64,000 bases of DNA from Mobula hypostoma (taxonomy: Eukaryota), in assembly GCF_963921235.1 (NCBI RefSeq), contig NC_086108.1:27964001-28028000 (forward strand), in the 5' to 3' direction. Positions 63,175 through 64,000 of the stretch are shown one piece after another (position 1 is the stretch's first letter; each line of letters starts with the position of its first letter). The translations under genes were made by a program, and so were the position numbers. The notes beneath the pieces were generated by a model. The model saw only the letters and a program-made list of their open reading frames with translations, did not search any database and had not been told where the DNA came from.

Positions 63175-63399
63175 TAAAAAGATGCAGATATTGTGATGGA
63201 CTTACCAGTAGTTTTTACCCTATTCACAGTACACTTAAAATTTATACAATATACTCATTACTGTGATTTCAAGGACCAGCAAATGCTAACAGCTTTGTTG
63301 ACTGTGTTAGTTAATATCCATGGGAGCATGTTTCAAGGGAGACTAACACAAGTTCAAGCCAAACAGTACTGATTAGATCTATGCCTGCACCTCTTAAGG

Positions 63400-63830
63400 A
63401 GATAATCGCCTTCAGGAGAGATAATGTATTGAAAAAACTAGCTAGTCGAAATTCAGACAAATCCCTAGATCCCAATGGCCTGCACCTGAGGATTTTAGAG
63501 GAAGCAGCTATAAAGATAGTGAAGCCATTGGCTGAAGATTTTCAAAACTCACCAAGTTCTGAGTGGATTGGAAAGCCGAAAAATGTGACTCCATTTCTCA
63601 AGGCGGGGGAGAAATAAAAAAATGGACAGCTATGAGTCTGTTAGCTTTCTGCTGTTAGCAGGTTGCTGGAGACTATAATCAAGAAAGAATTAGTCTGTCA
63701 TTTTGAAAAGCTTAATATAATTAAACAAAGTCAATATGAATGGTAAATTATGTTTGACAAATTCAACTCAGTACTTTGACAATGTATCAAGAGGAGCTAA
63801 TGAAGAAGAGCCAGATATAGCATACATAGA
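63400..63830 (+). mobile_element. Decayed CR1 RT fragment
   Basis: DKSLDPNGLHLRILEEAA..NVTPFLK. Confidence 0.75.
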
Positions 63831-64000
63831 TTGTATTTATGCAGTTTCAGGCTGCTCTCCTGAGCTTCAGAATTAACAAGGAAGGGCAGGATCTAGTGGA
63901 GGAAGCAGCAAGAGACCTGGCCAACATCACTAAGCTCCTTTCTTTCTTTTGAATACATCAGTTTCTACCAAGTTGGGCAGCATCCTATGTCTTCTTTTCA

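Overview
Eukaryotic, repeat-saturated intergenic or intronic DNA, most likely from a cartilaginous fish (inferred from the HE1-like SINE and the CR1/Penelope/Rex1 repeat mix). I found no intact host gene, tRNA, rRNA or CRISPR array. The window is a stack of nested mobile elements: CR1 LINEs (one with a nearly intact 950-aa EN+RT ORF), a complete but decayed Gypsy LTR retrotransposon, a Hero-clade element, RTE, L1, Rex1 and Penelope fragments, solo LTRs, and hAT and Tigger DNA transposon derivatives. Four observations stand out. (1) The Hero 3' UTR holds a hammerhead-ribozyme core whose strands are in a non-standard, pseudoknotted order (22874-22939, minus strand). (2) A Gypsy LTR element has had most of pol replaced by an intronless RBM25 cDNA fragment (18826-21356). 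(3) A 572-bp non-coding retroposon carries an HDV-like ribozyme fold near its 5' end (1505-1648). (4) Penelope-derived mini-insertions of about 135 bp begin at a minimal hammerhead and have ~15-bp target duplications. All structure and family calls were made by eye and need database and experimental confirmation.
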